Shown here: positions 20,906 to 29,890 of the stretch, piece after piece
How positions within the stretch are numbered: position 1 is the stretch's first letter
Layout of the letters: each line of letters starts with the position of its first letter
Assembly (NCBI GenBank): GCA_025062245.1
Contig: JANXAD010000003.1
Coordinates: 16,476 to 80,475 of the forward strand
Reading direction: 5' to 3'
DNA length: 64,000 bases
DNA from: Thermodesulfobacteriaceae bacterium
Lineage (GTDB): Bacteria; Desulfobacterota; Thermodesulfobacteria; Thermodesulfobacteriales; Thermodesulfobacteriaceae
Notes under the pieces: generated by a model
What the model saw: the letters and a program-made list of their open reading frames with translations, nothing else
What the model was told of the DNA's origin: nothing
Databases searched by the model: none
Position numbers and translations under genes: made by a program

Positions 20906-22219
20906 ATGGCCTATTTTTGCCAAAGTTGTGGATATAAAAGTTTAAAGTGGTTAGGAAGGTGTCCTGAGTGTGAAGCTTGGAATACTCTGGTAGAAGAGGA
21001 AGTTAAGCCTAAAAAGAAAAGTTCTAAAGAGGAAGCTTTAAAAATTTATAAACTTTCTGAAATTGTTTCTAGACCTAAGGAACGTATCAAGACAGACTTA
21101 GAAGAGTTAGATCTGGTTTTAGGAGGTGGAATCGTTCCAGCCTCCTTAATTTTAATTGGAGGAGATCCGGGTATAGGAAAATCCACTCTTCTTACCCAGA
21201 TAGCAGGGAATTTAACTAAAAAAAAGTTGAAAGTTCTTTATGTATCTGCAGAAGAATCTCCTGAACAAGTAAAATTAAGAACTTCCCGTTTGGAGGTATT
21301 AGAGGACTTTTATTTTCTTTCAGATACTAACATGGAAGTTATTGTAGAGGCTATAGAGAGGGTTTCTCCTGAGGTATTAATGGTAGATTCTATTCAGACA
21401 GTTTATTTGCCTGAGATTCAAAGTAGTCCTGGGGGAGTTTCACAAGTTAGAGAGTGTGCTAATGTGTTTTTGCGTTTAGCTAAAGAAAAAAATCTTACCA
21501 TTTTTTTAGTGGGACACATTACTAAGGAAGGACTTATTGCAGGACCTAAGGTATTAGAACATTTGGTGGATGTGGTGCTATACTTAGAGGGAGAAAAGGA
21601 AACAGGTTTTAGGATTTTAAGATCCGTTAAAAATAGATTCGGAGCTATAAATGAAATAGGAGTTTTTCTTATGACTGAAAAGGGGCTTATTTCTCATTCC
21701 AAGTATGAAGATCTATTTTTAAGCCGAGGAGAGGGAGCTGTGTTTTGTATTTTAGAAGGAACGAGACCCCTTTTAGTGGAAGTTCAAGCTTTGGTTACTA
21801 AAAGTTACTTAGCCCTTCCTCGTAGAACAGTTGTAGGATTTGATCCTATAAGACTTTCGTTACTGGTGGCTATTTTAGAAAAAAAATTGGGTTTTAATTT
21901 TTCTCACCAGGACATTTATGTTAAAATAGCAGGAGGCCTTAAAATTGTTGAACCCAGTGGAGATTTAGCTATAGCAGTAGCCTTAGTGGGAAGTTTACTT
22001 GAAAGGGAAATTCCCTCTAAAACACTTTTTATTGGAGAAATTGGCCTTTCAGCTGAGCTTAGACCGGTAAGAGACCTTTCTTTAAGAATTAGAGAGGCTG
22101 AAAAAAAGGGTTTTCATAAAGCCTTTATTCCAGAGGCTTCCCATCTTAGAAAAGAGGATTTTAAATTGGAGATTATTTCTTGTAAAAAAGTTAAAGAGGT
22201 TTTAGCTCAAATTTTTTAA
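20906..22219 (+). CDS. radA: DNA repair protein RadA/Sms
   Basis: C4 zinc finger CQSCG..WLGRCPEC, Walker A GGDPGIGKST, KNRFG. Start moved to ATG 20906 because the track's 20861 start overlaps the previous gene. Confidence 0.96.
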   Translation: MAYFCQSCGYKSLKWLGRCPECEAWNTLVEEEVKPKKKSSKEEALKIYKLSEIVSRPKERIKTDLEELDLVLGGGIVPASLILIGGDPGIGKSTLLTQIAGNLTKKKLKVLYVSAEESPEQVKLRTSRLEVLEDFYFLSDTNMEVIVEAIERVSPEVLMVDSIQTVYLPEIQSSPGGVSQVRECANVFLRLAKEKNLTIFLVGHITKEGLIAGPKVLEHLVDVVLYLEGEKETGFRILRSVKNRFGAINEIGVFLMTEKGLISHSKYEDLFLSRGEGAVFCILEGTRPLLVEVQALVTKSYLALPRRTVVGFDPIRLSLLVAILEKKLGFNFSHQDIYVKIAGGLKIVEPSGDLAIAVALVGSLLEREIPSKTLFIGEIGLSAELRPVRDLSLRIREAEKKGFHKAFIPEASHLRKEDFKLEIISCKKVKEVLAQIF

Positions 22220-22222
22220 AAA

Positions 22223-22816
22223 ATGGATAATTTTTTATTTCTCTGGCAAGACCGTGAAAAATTAAGACTTTTTATAGCTCAACATCCCTTTTGGGGAGGT
22301 ATTATTTTTGTTTTTTTGCAGGCCTTTCAAGTAATAGTGGCTCCTATTCCAGGAGAAGCCACAGGTTTTGTAGCAGGATTTTTGTTTGGAGCACTAAAGG
22401 GTTTTCTTTTAAGTTTAGCTGGAATTATTTTAGGCTCTACCGTAGCCTTTTTCTTAGCTCGTTTTTTTAAAAAAAAATTCTTAGTCAAATATCAAAGACA
22501 CCCTTACTATTTAAAACTTAAAAAGGTTTTTAAAAAATACGGAGCCACAGGGGTTTTCTTTTTATACCTTTTTCCTGGTTTTCCTAAGGACCTACTTAAC
22601 TATTTAATGGGGATTTTACCCATTTCCTTTAAATCTTTTTTGTTTCTCTCTATTCTTGGAAGAATCCCTGGGACTTTAGCTCTTGCTATGCAAGGAGATG
22701 TGGTTTATGAAGGAAGACCTTATAAAATTTTTATCCTTTCTTTAGTATTTCTTTTAGTATTTCTTTTGTTTTTGATCCTAAAGAAAAAATTTTATCAAAG
22801 TATAGAAGAAACTTAG
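22223..22816 (+). CDS. TVP38/TMEM64 (DedA/VTT domain) membrane protein
   Basis: LQAFQVIVAPIPGEATGFVAGFLFG, LFPGFPKDLLNY, GRIPG. Confidence 0.88.
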   Translation: MDNFLFLWQDREKLRLFIAQHPFWGGIIFVFLQAFQVIVAPIPGEATGFVAGFLFGALKGFLLSLAGIILGSTVAFFLARFFKKKFLVKYQRHPYYLKLKKVFKKYGATGVFFLYLFPGFPKDLLNYLMGILPISFKSFLFLSILGRIPGTLALAMQGDVVYEGRPYKIFILSLVFLLVFLLFLILKKKFYQSIEET

Positions 22817-22820
22817 GTTT

Positions 22821-23600
22821 TTACCACTTAAGTCTTACTTTTACTTCTTTTTTAGCTAAGTATTCTTTAATTTCTTTTATGGTATACATTTCATAATGGA
22901 CCATGGAGGCAATAAGAGCAGCATCAGCTTTTGCTTGGGTTAGGACCTCATAGAGGTGTTCCGGAGTTCCTGCCCCTCCTGAGGCAATTACTGGAATGTT
23001 TACAGCTTCAGCTATCATTTGGGTAAGGTTTAATTCATAACCTTCTTTGGTTCCGTCAGCATCGATGGAATTTAGGCAAATTTCACCGGCTCCAAGATTT
23101 TCAGCCTCTTTAGCCCACCACAGGGCATCAATTCCCATAGGTTCCCTTCCCCCTTTAATCCAAACCTCATAACCTGAAGGAATTTTAGGAGAAGGTTCAA
23201 CCTTCTTGACATCCATTCCCAAAACTATACACTGAGAACCAAAGGCTTTAGCTCCTTCGTAAATGAGTTTAGGATTAAGAACTGCGGCAGTATTGATAGA
23301 AACCTTTTCTGCCCCTGCCAGTAAAACCTCTCTCATTTCTTCCAAACTTTTTATTCCCCCACCAACAGAAAAGGGAATAAAAATGCGCTCTGCAGTTTTT
23401 CTAACTACTTCTATCATAATTTTTCGATGTTCTGCGCTGGCTGTAATATCATAAAAGACAATTTCGTCTGCTCCTTCAAGATAATACTTTTCAGCCATTT
23501 CGACTGGGTCTCCTACTTCTACATTGTTTTTAAACTTAATTCCCTTGGTAGTCTTCCCATCCCTTACATCTAGACAAACGATAATTCTTTTACTTAACAT
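22821..23600 (-). CDS. hisF: Imidazole glycerol phosphate synthase cyclase subunit
   Basis: [49 protein letters not shown]. Confidence 0.97.
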   Translation of the reverse strand: MLSKRIIVCLDVRDGKTTKGIKFKNNVEVGDPVEMAEKYYLEGADEIVFYDITASAEHRKIMIEVVRKTAERIFIPFSVGGGIKSLEEMREVLLAGAEKVSINTAAVLNPKLIYEGAKAFGSQCIVLGMDVKKVEPSPKIPSGYEVWIKGGREPMGIDALWWAKEAENLGAGEICLNSIDADGTKEGYELNLTQMIAEAVNIPVIASGGAGTPEHLYEVLTQAKADAALIASMVHYEMYTIKEIKEYLAKKEVKVRLKW

Positions 23601-23673
23601 CTTAAGTTATTTTACCCCTTTAAACTTGTTTTTTCTTTTTTTGAAGTTTAAAATTTTCTTTTAAAAAGTAAAG

Positions 23674-24627
23674 AGGGGAGGAAAGGCTATGGGAAAACTT
23701 TTAGAAAAAATAGAACTTGGCAATTTAGAACTTAAAAACAGAACTATAAGGTCTGCCACTTGGGAAGGGATGTGTGATAAAGAGGGAAAACCTACGGAGA
23801 GATTAATTGAGCTTTATGAAGAATTGGCTCAAGGAGAAGTTGGTTTAATTATTACAGGTTATGCCTATGTTAGTCCAGAGGGGCAACAACTTCCGGGTAT
23901 GTTGGGACTTCACCAGGATGAAAATATAGAACCTCTTCAGAGGATGGTTGAAAGGGTAAAAGCTAAGGGAGGGGTTATAGCTGTATAACTTGGAAGACCT
24001 AAAAAGGGTGGTAGAAGACTTTGCTAAGGCTGCCGAAAGAGCTAAAAAAGCTGGCTTTGATGCTGTTCAACTTCACGGAGCTCACGGATATTTAATTAAT
24101 GAATTTTTGTCTCCTCTTACTAATCGAAGAGCTGATGAATATGGAGGAAACTTAGAGAATAGAGCCAGATTCTTAAAGGAAATTATAGAAGCTATAAGAG
24201 AGAGGGTAGGAGATGGATATCCCCTTTTTATAAAACTTAATGGAGATGATTTTTTAGAGGGTGGTTTTAATATAAGGGAGGCTGTTGAGGTTTCAAAATG
24301 GCTTGAGAGTTGGGGGATAGGAAGCCTATCATAAGGAGCTTTCTTTTGAGATTAAAAAGGCTGTTTTTAAAGTGCCTGTAGGTTTAGTGGGAGGTATCAG
24401 AAGTTTTGAAGTAGCAAGTGAACTTTTAGAGAAGGGATATGCGGATTTAATTTCTTTTTCAAGACCTTTTATTTGTGAGCCCCAATTGATTAGGAGGTGG
24501 AAAGAGGGGGACTTAAGGAAAGCTCAATGTATTTCCTGTAGTGAGTGTCTTTTGGCTGGAGTTAAGGAGGGAGGAATTTACTGTGTAGCCCGTAAAAAAG
24601 GAAAAATTTAAAAAAGGTTTAATTTCT
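23674..24627 (+). repeat. 954-bp direct repeat, copy 1 (covers the RBS and whole broken OYE gene)
   Basis: Colinear with 26075-27028 at offset 2401; I count about 10 substitutions. Confidence 0.95.
23689..24611 (+). pseudogene. NADH:flavin oxidoreductase / Old Yellow Enzyme, broken into three reading frames (copy 1)
   Basis: LKNRTIRSATWE, GLIITGYAYV; QLHGAHGYLINEFLSP..NRR.DEYGG..ENRARF; VPVGLVGGIRS..ADLISFSRPFICEP. TAA at 23986 and frame changes near 23990 and 24321. Confidence 0.88.
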
Positions 24628-24738
24628 AAAATCTTGGCCACTTTGTTTTCGATCAAGGAATAAAAGAGATTTTTTTGAGAATTAATGACAGGGATTTTTT
24701 TTCCTTTTAGCTAAACTTTTTTAAAAAGCAATAAAACT

Positions 24739-25149
24739 TTAAATTTTAATAATTCTTTCAGCCAGAGAAATTATATATTCTGTTCCCTCTATAGCCCATT
24801 TTGCTTCTTCTGCAGTATATTCTTCTGTAGGAATAAAATCTATATCTCCATAAAGGGATAGTTCTCTTTCCTTTCTTAAAGATTTTGAAATTTTAGACAT
24901 CCTTTTTAGCTCCTCTTCAGAAAATTCTGGAAACTTATCTTTATGGTGAAAGAAAAGGAAACTTACTTCATGGTATTTAGGTGGTTCAATGCCTCTTTGT
25001 CTGAGCATGGCTTTAGTGGTTAATTCAACGGCCTCTTGAGCCTCTCTTATTACATCAGAGTAAGCTTCTCTTTCGTATAAAAACTTTAACATTTCAAATC
25101 TTACCTTAGCTTTTTTCAGATAACTTTTAGCTAAATCTTCAAAAGTCAT
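24739..25149 (-). CDS. HEPN domain protein (toxin partner of an MNT-HEPN pair)
   Basis: YSDVIREAQEAVELTTKAML..GIEPPKYHEV and LRKERELSLYG; ATGA overlap with the upstream MNT gene. Confidence 0.88.
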   Translation of the reverse strand: MTFEDLAKSYLKKAKVRFEMLKFLYEREAYSDVIREAQEAVELTTKAMLRQRGIEPPKYHEVSFLFFHHKDKFPEFSEEELKRMSKISKSLRKERELSLYGDIDFIPTEEYTAEEAKWAIEGTEYIISLAERIIKI

Positions 25150-25637
25150 AATTTTATGGTTTCTCCTGGCTTAATATCAGGTTTTAAAACCCAATACCAT
25201 GCATTTCCTAACCAATAACGTTTAGCTCCCAAGCTTTTAAGTTTCTCTTTTAATTTCTCCAATTCCTTTTTAAAAAAGTCTTCTTTATCGTAAAGAATTT
25301 GAGCCTCTTCCACTAAATCTAAAAAAAGAGGACTTCCCATTTTTACTTCTTCAGGTGTTTTCAAAACAGGAGATATATAAGTATTTATACCAATCTTTTC
25401 CAGACTTTTAAGATACTCTTCTATTTTTTCTTCGATTTCCATAAATTCTGTGGTCCTTTTCAGTCTGCCCTTGGGAAGGTCTTTTACCACTATGAGAAGA
25501 TCTATATCTGAATCAAATCTTTGAGTTTCTCTGGCTACAGAGCCAAACAAAACTATAGAAATAAGACGCTCTTGGTAAAAACTCTTAATTTCTTTAACTA
25601 ATAGATTAATTAATTCTTGGTATTTTTCCTTTAACAT
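25146..25637 (-). CDS. Minimal nucleotidyltransferase (MNT) antitoxin
   Basis: IVLFGSVAR.....DSDIDLLIV (GS...DxD motif). Confidence 0.9.
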   Translation of the reverse strand: MLKEKYQELINLLVKEIKSFYQERLISIVLFGSVARETQRFDSDIDLLIVVKDLPKGRLKRTTEFMEIEEKIEEYLKSLEKIGINTYISPVLKTPEEVKMGSPLFLDLVEEAQILYDKEDFFKKELEKLKEKLKSLGAKRYWLGNAWYWVLKPDIKPGETIKL

Positions 25638-25645
25638 CTTTAAAA

Positions 25646-25710
25646 GACCTTGGCCAAACTTAATGGTTTAAAGAAGATTTTAAGATAGAATTACAGAAAA
25701 AACAAGGAGT
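25646..25710 (+). repeat. Dispersed intergenic repeat family R, truncated copy R3
   Basis: GACCTTGGCCAAACTTAATGGTTTAAAGAAGATTTTAAGATAGAATTACAGAAAAAACAAGGAG versus R1 GACCTTGGCAAAATTTAATGGATTAATAAAGATTTTAAGATAAAACTACGGAAAAAAATAAGGAG. Confidence 0.75.
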
Positions 25711-26074
25711 CAACTATTAGAAAAAGTTGGAATTAAAAATGTTAAGCCCGGCTAACCTTCTTACTTCTATGGAAGCAAGAAAATTTCTTTCTTTGGGAGA
25801 CCAATTTGAGTTTTGATTTGAGAAAAGTTCTTTTTATAGAGTTTAAGGAGTTTTTGGTTGTTAAGATAAGGAGATTAAAAAGAAAGGTCTCTTTTAAGTC
25901 AGATTTGTTATCTGTCAGAGGATTCCCTGAGAAGGATGGCAGGTTGATAGGATTTAAGAGTAGAGAGGAAATTAGGGAAACCTGTAGGGCTTTAGAGCTC
26001 AAGGAGGCAAGGGGTTCTTGTCCCTCTAATTTTGAAGTAAAACCTACCTTTATTGTAAACTAAAAATTGACAGA

Positions 26075-27028
26075 AGGGGAGGAAAGGCTATGGGAAAACT
26101 TTTAGAAAAAATAGAACTTGGCAATTTAGAACTTAAAAACAGAACTATAAGGTCTGCCACTTGGGAAGGGATGTGTGATAAAGAGGGAAAACCTACGGAG
26201 AGATTAATTGAGCTTTATGAAGAATTGGCTCAAGGAGAAGTTGGTTTAATTATTACAGGTTATGCCTATGTTAGTCCAGAAGGGCAACAACTTCCGGGCA
26301 TGTTGGGACTTCACCAGGATGAAAATATAGAATCTCTTCAGAGGATGGTTGAAAGGGTAAAAGCTAAGGGAGGAGTTATAGCTGTATAACTTGGAAGACC
26401 TAAAAAGGGTGGTAGAAGACTTTGCTAAGGCTGCCGAAAGAGCTAAAAAAGCTGGCTTTGATGCTGTTCAACTTCACGGAGCTCACGGATATTTAATTAA
26501 TGAATTTTTGTCTCCTCTTACTAATCGAAGAGCTGATGAATATGGAGGAAACTTAGAGAATAGAGCCAGATTCTTAAAGGAAATTATAGAAGCTATAAGA
26601 GAGAGGGTAGGAGATGGGTATCTCCTTTTTATAAAACTTAATGGAGATGATTTTTTGGAGGGTGGTTTTAATATAAGGGAGGCTGTTGAGGTTTCAAAAT
26701 GGCTTGAGAGTTGGGGGATAGGAAGCCTATCATAAGGAGCTTTCTTTTGAGATTAAAAAGGCTGTTTTTAAAGTGCCTGTAGGTTTAGTGGGAGGTATCA
26801 GAAGTTTTGAAGTAGCAAGTGAACTTTTAGAGAAGGGATATGCGGATTTAATTTCTTTTTCAAGACCTTTTATTTGTGAGCCCCAATTGATTAGGAGGTG
26901 GAAAGAGGGGGACTTAAGGAAAGCTCAATGTATTTCCTGTAGTGAGTGTCTTTTGGTTGGAGTTAAGGAGGGAGGAATTTACTGTGTAGCCCGTAAAAAA
27001 GGAAGAATTTAAAAAGGATTTAATTTCT
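26075..27028 (+). repeat. 954-bp direct repeat, copy 2
   Basis: About 99% identical to 23674-24627; its last ~20 bp overlap the 3' end of the 27009-28304 gene. Confidence 0.95.
26090..27012 (+). pseudogene. NADH:flavin oxidoreductase / Old Yellow Enzyme, broken into three frames (copy 2, same lesions as copy 1)
   Basis: Same stop and frame breaks as 23689-24611; four amino-acid differences (P/S, P/L, A/V, K/R). Confidence 0.88.
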
Positions 27029-28304
27029 CTGTAACTTTATCTTTTAATTCATAAACGGAACATCCGAGTTTGATGGCTGCCCTTTTTAAGTACTCTCTTA
27101 CTGAAGAACGGGAAATTCCTAAAATTTGTGCAACTTCTTTCAAACTTGTGTTTTGAATTAAATGATAAAAGAGAACCTCACTTTCTCTTAGGGTTAATTT
27201 TTTGGCTGAAGAATTTAAGGATTTATTGAGTTTAATTTGTAAAATTTCTGGAGTTAATTTTTCCTCTTTTTTTTCTGTCAAAATTTTTTCTTCTTTTTCC
27301 TTTATTTCAGTTTTATAAAAAAAGACAAAGGTTAAAAGAGCAACTAATGTTAAAAAACTTAGAATATGTTCTTTTTGGTAAAAAACGAGATAATGAAATA
27401 ACAAATGCCCCAAGAGGAGGGATAAGTTTATTAAAGCATAAAGAAGAGATAAAAATCTGATAGTTGTAAAGTTATTTATAAAAAAGTAAAGGGTTATAAA
27501 ATCCATTAAGCCTGAAGAGGAAAAAATAAAAAATTGAGCTATGAATAAAACCTTTTCATTTTCAAAGTGAAAAAAGGCTTTAGAGAAAGCAAGAAAAACT
27601 GATCCTAAAATAAATAATTCTTTGAAGAAGATTATTTTTTTCTTTTTTAAAAGAATACCTAAAAGGACTCCTAAACTATAAAAGAGAGTTAAAGAGCCAA
27701 GACTTAAAATGGATGGATAGGAGCTTTTTTCTATCCATAGATAAACTAAGGTTCCTGAAAAATAAAAAATAGATATACCTAAGAAAAGATAAACTAAATT
27801 TTTTAGAGGAAAGGGTAAAAAATCTTCTTCCTTTTTTGAAAAAGTCTTAAAGTTAGGGTTTAAAAAATAAAGAAAAAATAAATTGATTCCGATAAATAAA
27901 TAAACATAAACTTTAGAAAGAGGCCAAAAATTTAAAATTAAGGTTATCCAATTTCCTAAGATAAATCCCATATAAGGAAAAAAGGAATTTCCATCTTTTT
28001 TGAGGAAGGAAAGGGCTCTTAAAATTATCAGAGGAAAAAAAAGAGCTAAAAAAATTAAAATATAAAGTTTTAAAGAATCTATAATAAAAGGGAATAAGGC
28101 CGTTAATAAAGCACCTTTTAGAATAAAGAAGGGAAAAAAATTAAATTTTTCAAACCAACTAAACTTTAGAAAAATAATTGTATAGCCTATTAAGTGAAAG
28201 ATTAAAAACCAAGGAAACCAACTTTTTTCAGGTAAGAGAAAACCTTGGAGTGGAAAGGCTGTTAACCAAAGAGTAATGATAGATAAACTCAAAAATCCCT
28301 TCAT
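27009..28304 (-). CDS. Multi-pass (~11-12 TM, MFS-like) membrane protein with a C-terminal LuxR-type HTH
   Basis: About 330 aa of successive hydrophobic segments, a charged linker, then LTLRESEVLFYHLIQNTSLKEVAQILGISRSSVREYLKRAAIKLG. Confidence 0.78.
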   Translation of the reverse strand: MKGFLSLSIITLWLTAFPLQGFLLPEKSWFPWFLIFHLIGYTIIFLKFSWFEKFNFFPFFILKGALLTALFPFIIDSLKLYILIFLALFFPLIILRALSFLKKDGNSFFPYMGFILGNWITLILNFWPLSKVYVYLFIGINLFFLYFLNPNFKTFSKKEEDFLPFPLKNLVYLFLGISIFYFSGTLVYLWIEKSSYPSILSLGSLTLFYSLGVLLGILLKKKKIIFFKELFILGSVFLAFSKAFFHFENEKVLFIAQFFIFSSSGLMDFITLYFFINNFTTIRFLSLLYALINLSLLLGHLLFHYLVFYQKEHILSFLTLVALLTFVFFYKTEIKEKEEKILTEKKEEKLTPEILQIKLNKSLNSSAKKLTLRESEVLFYHLIQNTSLKEVAQILGISRSSVREYLKRAAIKLGCSVYELKDKVTEKLNPF

Positions 28305-28441
28305 TATTTATAAAATAATATAATATTTAAAATATTATCTTGCAAGACAATGTCACCACCTTTTGGTTACAAATAAAAAACAATTAGGTGACAAGAAATT
28401 TTTTAAGAATGTGTTATTCTAAAAATTATTAGGGAGGTGTG

Positions 28442-29152
28442 ATGGATAATAAAATAAAACTAAATTTACTTATTAAAATTAAAAACCAGCTTTTAGCTGA
28501 GGCTTTTCTTTTTTATCTTAGTAACTCCCAATCTCTTAAAAATAAATTTGAATTTCAAATTGATTTAAAGCCTCAAAATGAGAGAATTTATGAGATAGTA
28601 ATTTTTGATAAAAGTACTCTAAGGGAAAGTAAGCCTGAGGAAAGTAAGACTGAGGACTATTTTTCTTCCAAAAAACTTCTTTTAGACGACGGTTCTTTGG
28701 AAGAGGAGATCGTTTTTTTATTTTTATATTATAGACTTTCAGGAGTTCTTTCTTCAGATATTTCCTTATCTCTTTTTGGTAAATGTCTTGAAGTAGTGTT
28801 AAGGGGTGAAATTTGGGTGAGTAATCATTTAGTTAAAAAAATTTGCGAAAATTACGACAGTTTTTTTACTAAAAAGGGGCTTGAAAATTTAACCTTTAAG
28901 GAAAGGGAAGTTGTTAAGCTTATTTGTGAAGGACTTAGTAATAAGGAAATAGCCTTAAGACTTTTTATTTCAGAACAAACTGTTAAAACTCACTTAAACC
29001 ATATTTTTAAAAAAACCGGGGCTAAAAATCGAAATCAATTAATTAAAATGTATTTCTATGCCATAGGTAAAGAGAGGGTCCAGGTTAGTTCTGAAGATCA
29101 AATTCAAACCTCAAGACCTATCAAAAAGCTTTTAAAGCTTAAAAGAAGTTAA
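28442..29152 (+). CDS. csgD: CsgD-like LuxR/NarL-family regulator (degenerate receiver + HTH)
   Basis: VVLRGEIWVS..LV, LTFKEREVVKLICEGLSNKEIALRLFISEQTVKTHLNHIFKK; directly upstream of the curlin genes. ATG 28442 or GTG 28439 after AGGGAGG. Confidence 0.72.
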   Translation: MDNKIKLNLLIKIKNQLLAEAFLFYLSNSQSLKNKFEFQIDLKPQNERIYEIVIFDKSTLRESKPEESKTEDYFSSKKLLLDDGSLEEEIVFLFLYYRLSGVLSSDISLSLFGKCLEVVLRGEIWVSNHLVKKICENYDSFFTKKGLENLTFKEREVVKLICEGLSNKEIALRLFISEQTVKTHLNHIFKKTGAKNRNQLIKMYFYAIGKERVQVSSEDQIQTSRPIKKLLKLKRS

Positions 29153-29368
29153 TTTTAGGTTTTAAAACTTAAGTATTAGAAAATTTTATAACTTTTAAAT
29201 TAAATCTTTTAATTATTTCTTCTCTACCTTTTGGTTAATTTTAATTTTAAAAATACCTTTTAAACTCTCTTCTAAGATGAAAAAACTAAAGGAAGAGAAA
29301 AAGTTAAAAGAGGCTACAACCCCGTTGAGGGATGGTAGTAAAAAACAAAACCTTAGAGGAGGTGTGCT

Positions 29369-29845
29369 ATGTTTAAAAAAATTGCTTTAGGAGTAGCTTG
29401 TTTAGGTTTATTAGTTTCAACCTCAGTTTGGGCAAATGGTCCTGGTGGTGGCTTTGGAGGAGGTTGTGGAGGTGGAGATTTATGTGAAGTTAAAAGGGAT
29501 TTAGATATTCATTTGGGTTTGGATCTTAAACTTGATCTTGATGTTTGTGCTGATTTTGGAAATGCAAAGGATGATTATTACAGTGCTCAAGCTGTTATAC
29601 TTCAAGCAGGTGAAGGAAATGAAGCAACTATTACACAACAGGTAACTAATGCACAGGGAATCATAATTCAAGTTGGAGAGGATAATGTGGCTGAAACAAC
29701 TCAGAGTGGAGCTAAGGATTTTGCTATGACAATTCAAGTTGGTTGCTTAAATGAAGCTACAATTAAACAAGGACAAGCTGGAAATATGGCTGCAGTTATT
29801 GGACAGTATGGAAACTCAAATGTAGCTACGATAACTCAACCATAA
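29369..29845 (+). CDS. csgA: Curlin major-subunit candidate (CsgA-like)
   Basis: Sec signal ending VWA, Gly-rich N-terminus, then Q-x-G-x-x-N-x-A-x-x-x-Q repeats (QAGEGNEATITQ, QVGEDNVAETTQ, QVGCLNEATIKQ, QYGNSNVATITQ); strong SD; hairpin after the stop. Confidence 0.75.
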   Translation: MFKKIALGVACLGLLVSTSVWANGPGGGFGGGCGGGDLCEVKRDLDIHLGLDLKLDLDVCADFGNAKDDYYSAQAVILQAGEGNEATITQQVTNAQGIIIQVGEDNVAETTQSGAKDFAMTIQVGCLNEATIKQGQAGNMAAVIGQYGNSNVATITQP

Positions 29846-29855
29846 GAAATTGTGT

Positions 29856-29877
29856 TAGGAGGGGGAATCCCCTCCTA
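29856..29877 (+). terminator. 9-bp stem-loop between the two curlin genes (partial terminator or mRNA stabiliser)
   Basis: TAGGAGGGG-GAAT-CCCCTCCTA perfect stem; only a short T run follows. Confidence 0.7.
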
Positions 29878-29890
29878 TTAAGGAGGCTTT

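Noticed and set aside
23689-24611. Programmed frameshift or stop read-through to restore the OYE
   Set aside because: The breaks coincide with missing protein segments, the stop is TAA and no slippery heptamer is present; recoding could not restore lost codons.
25742-26063. Overlapping opposite-strand ORFs of 85-86 aa inside the duplicated block
   Set aside because: No SD or motif; the region looks like a decayed gene relic that I cannot identify.
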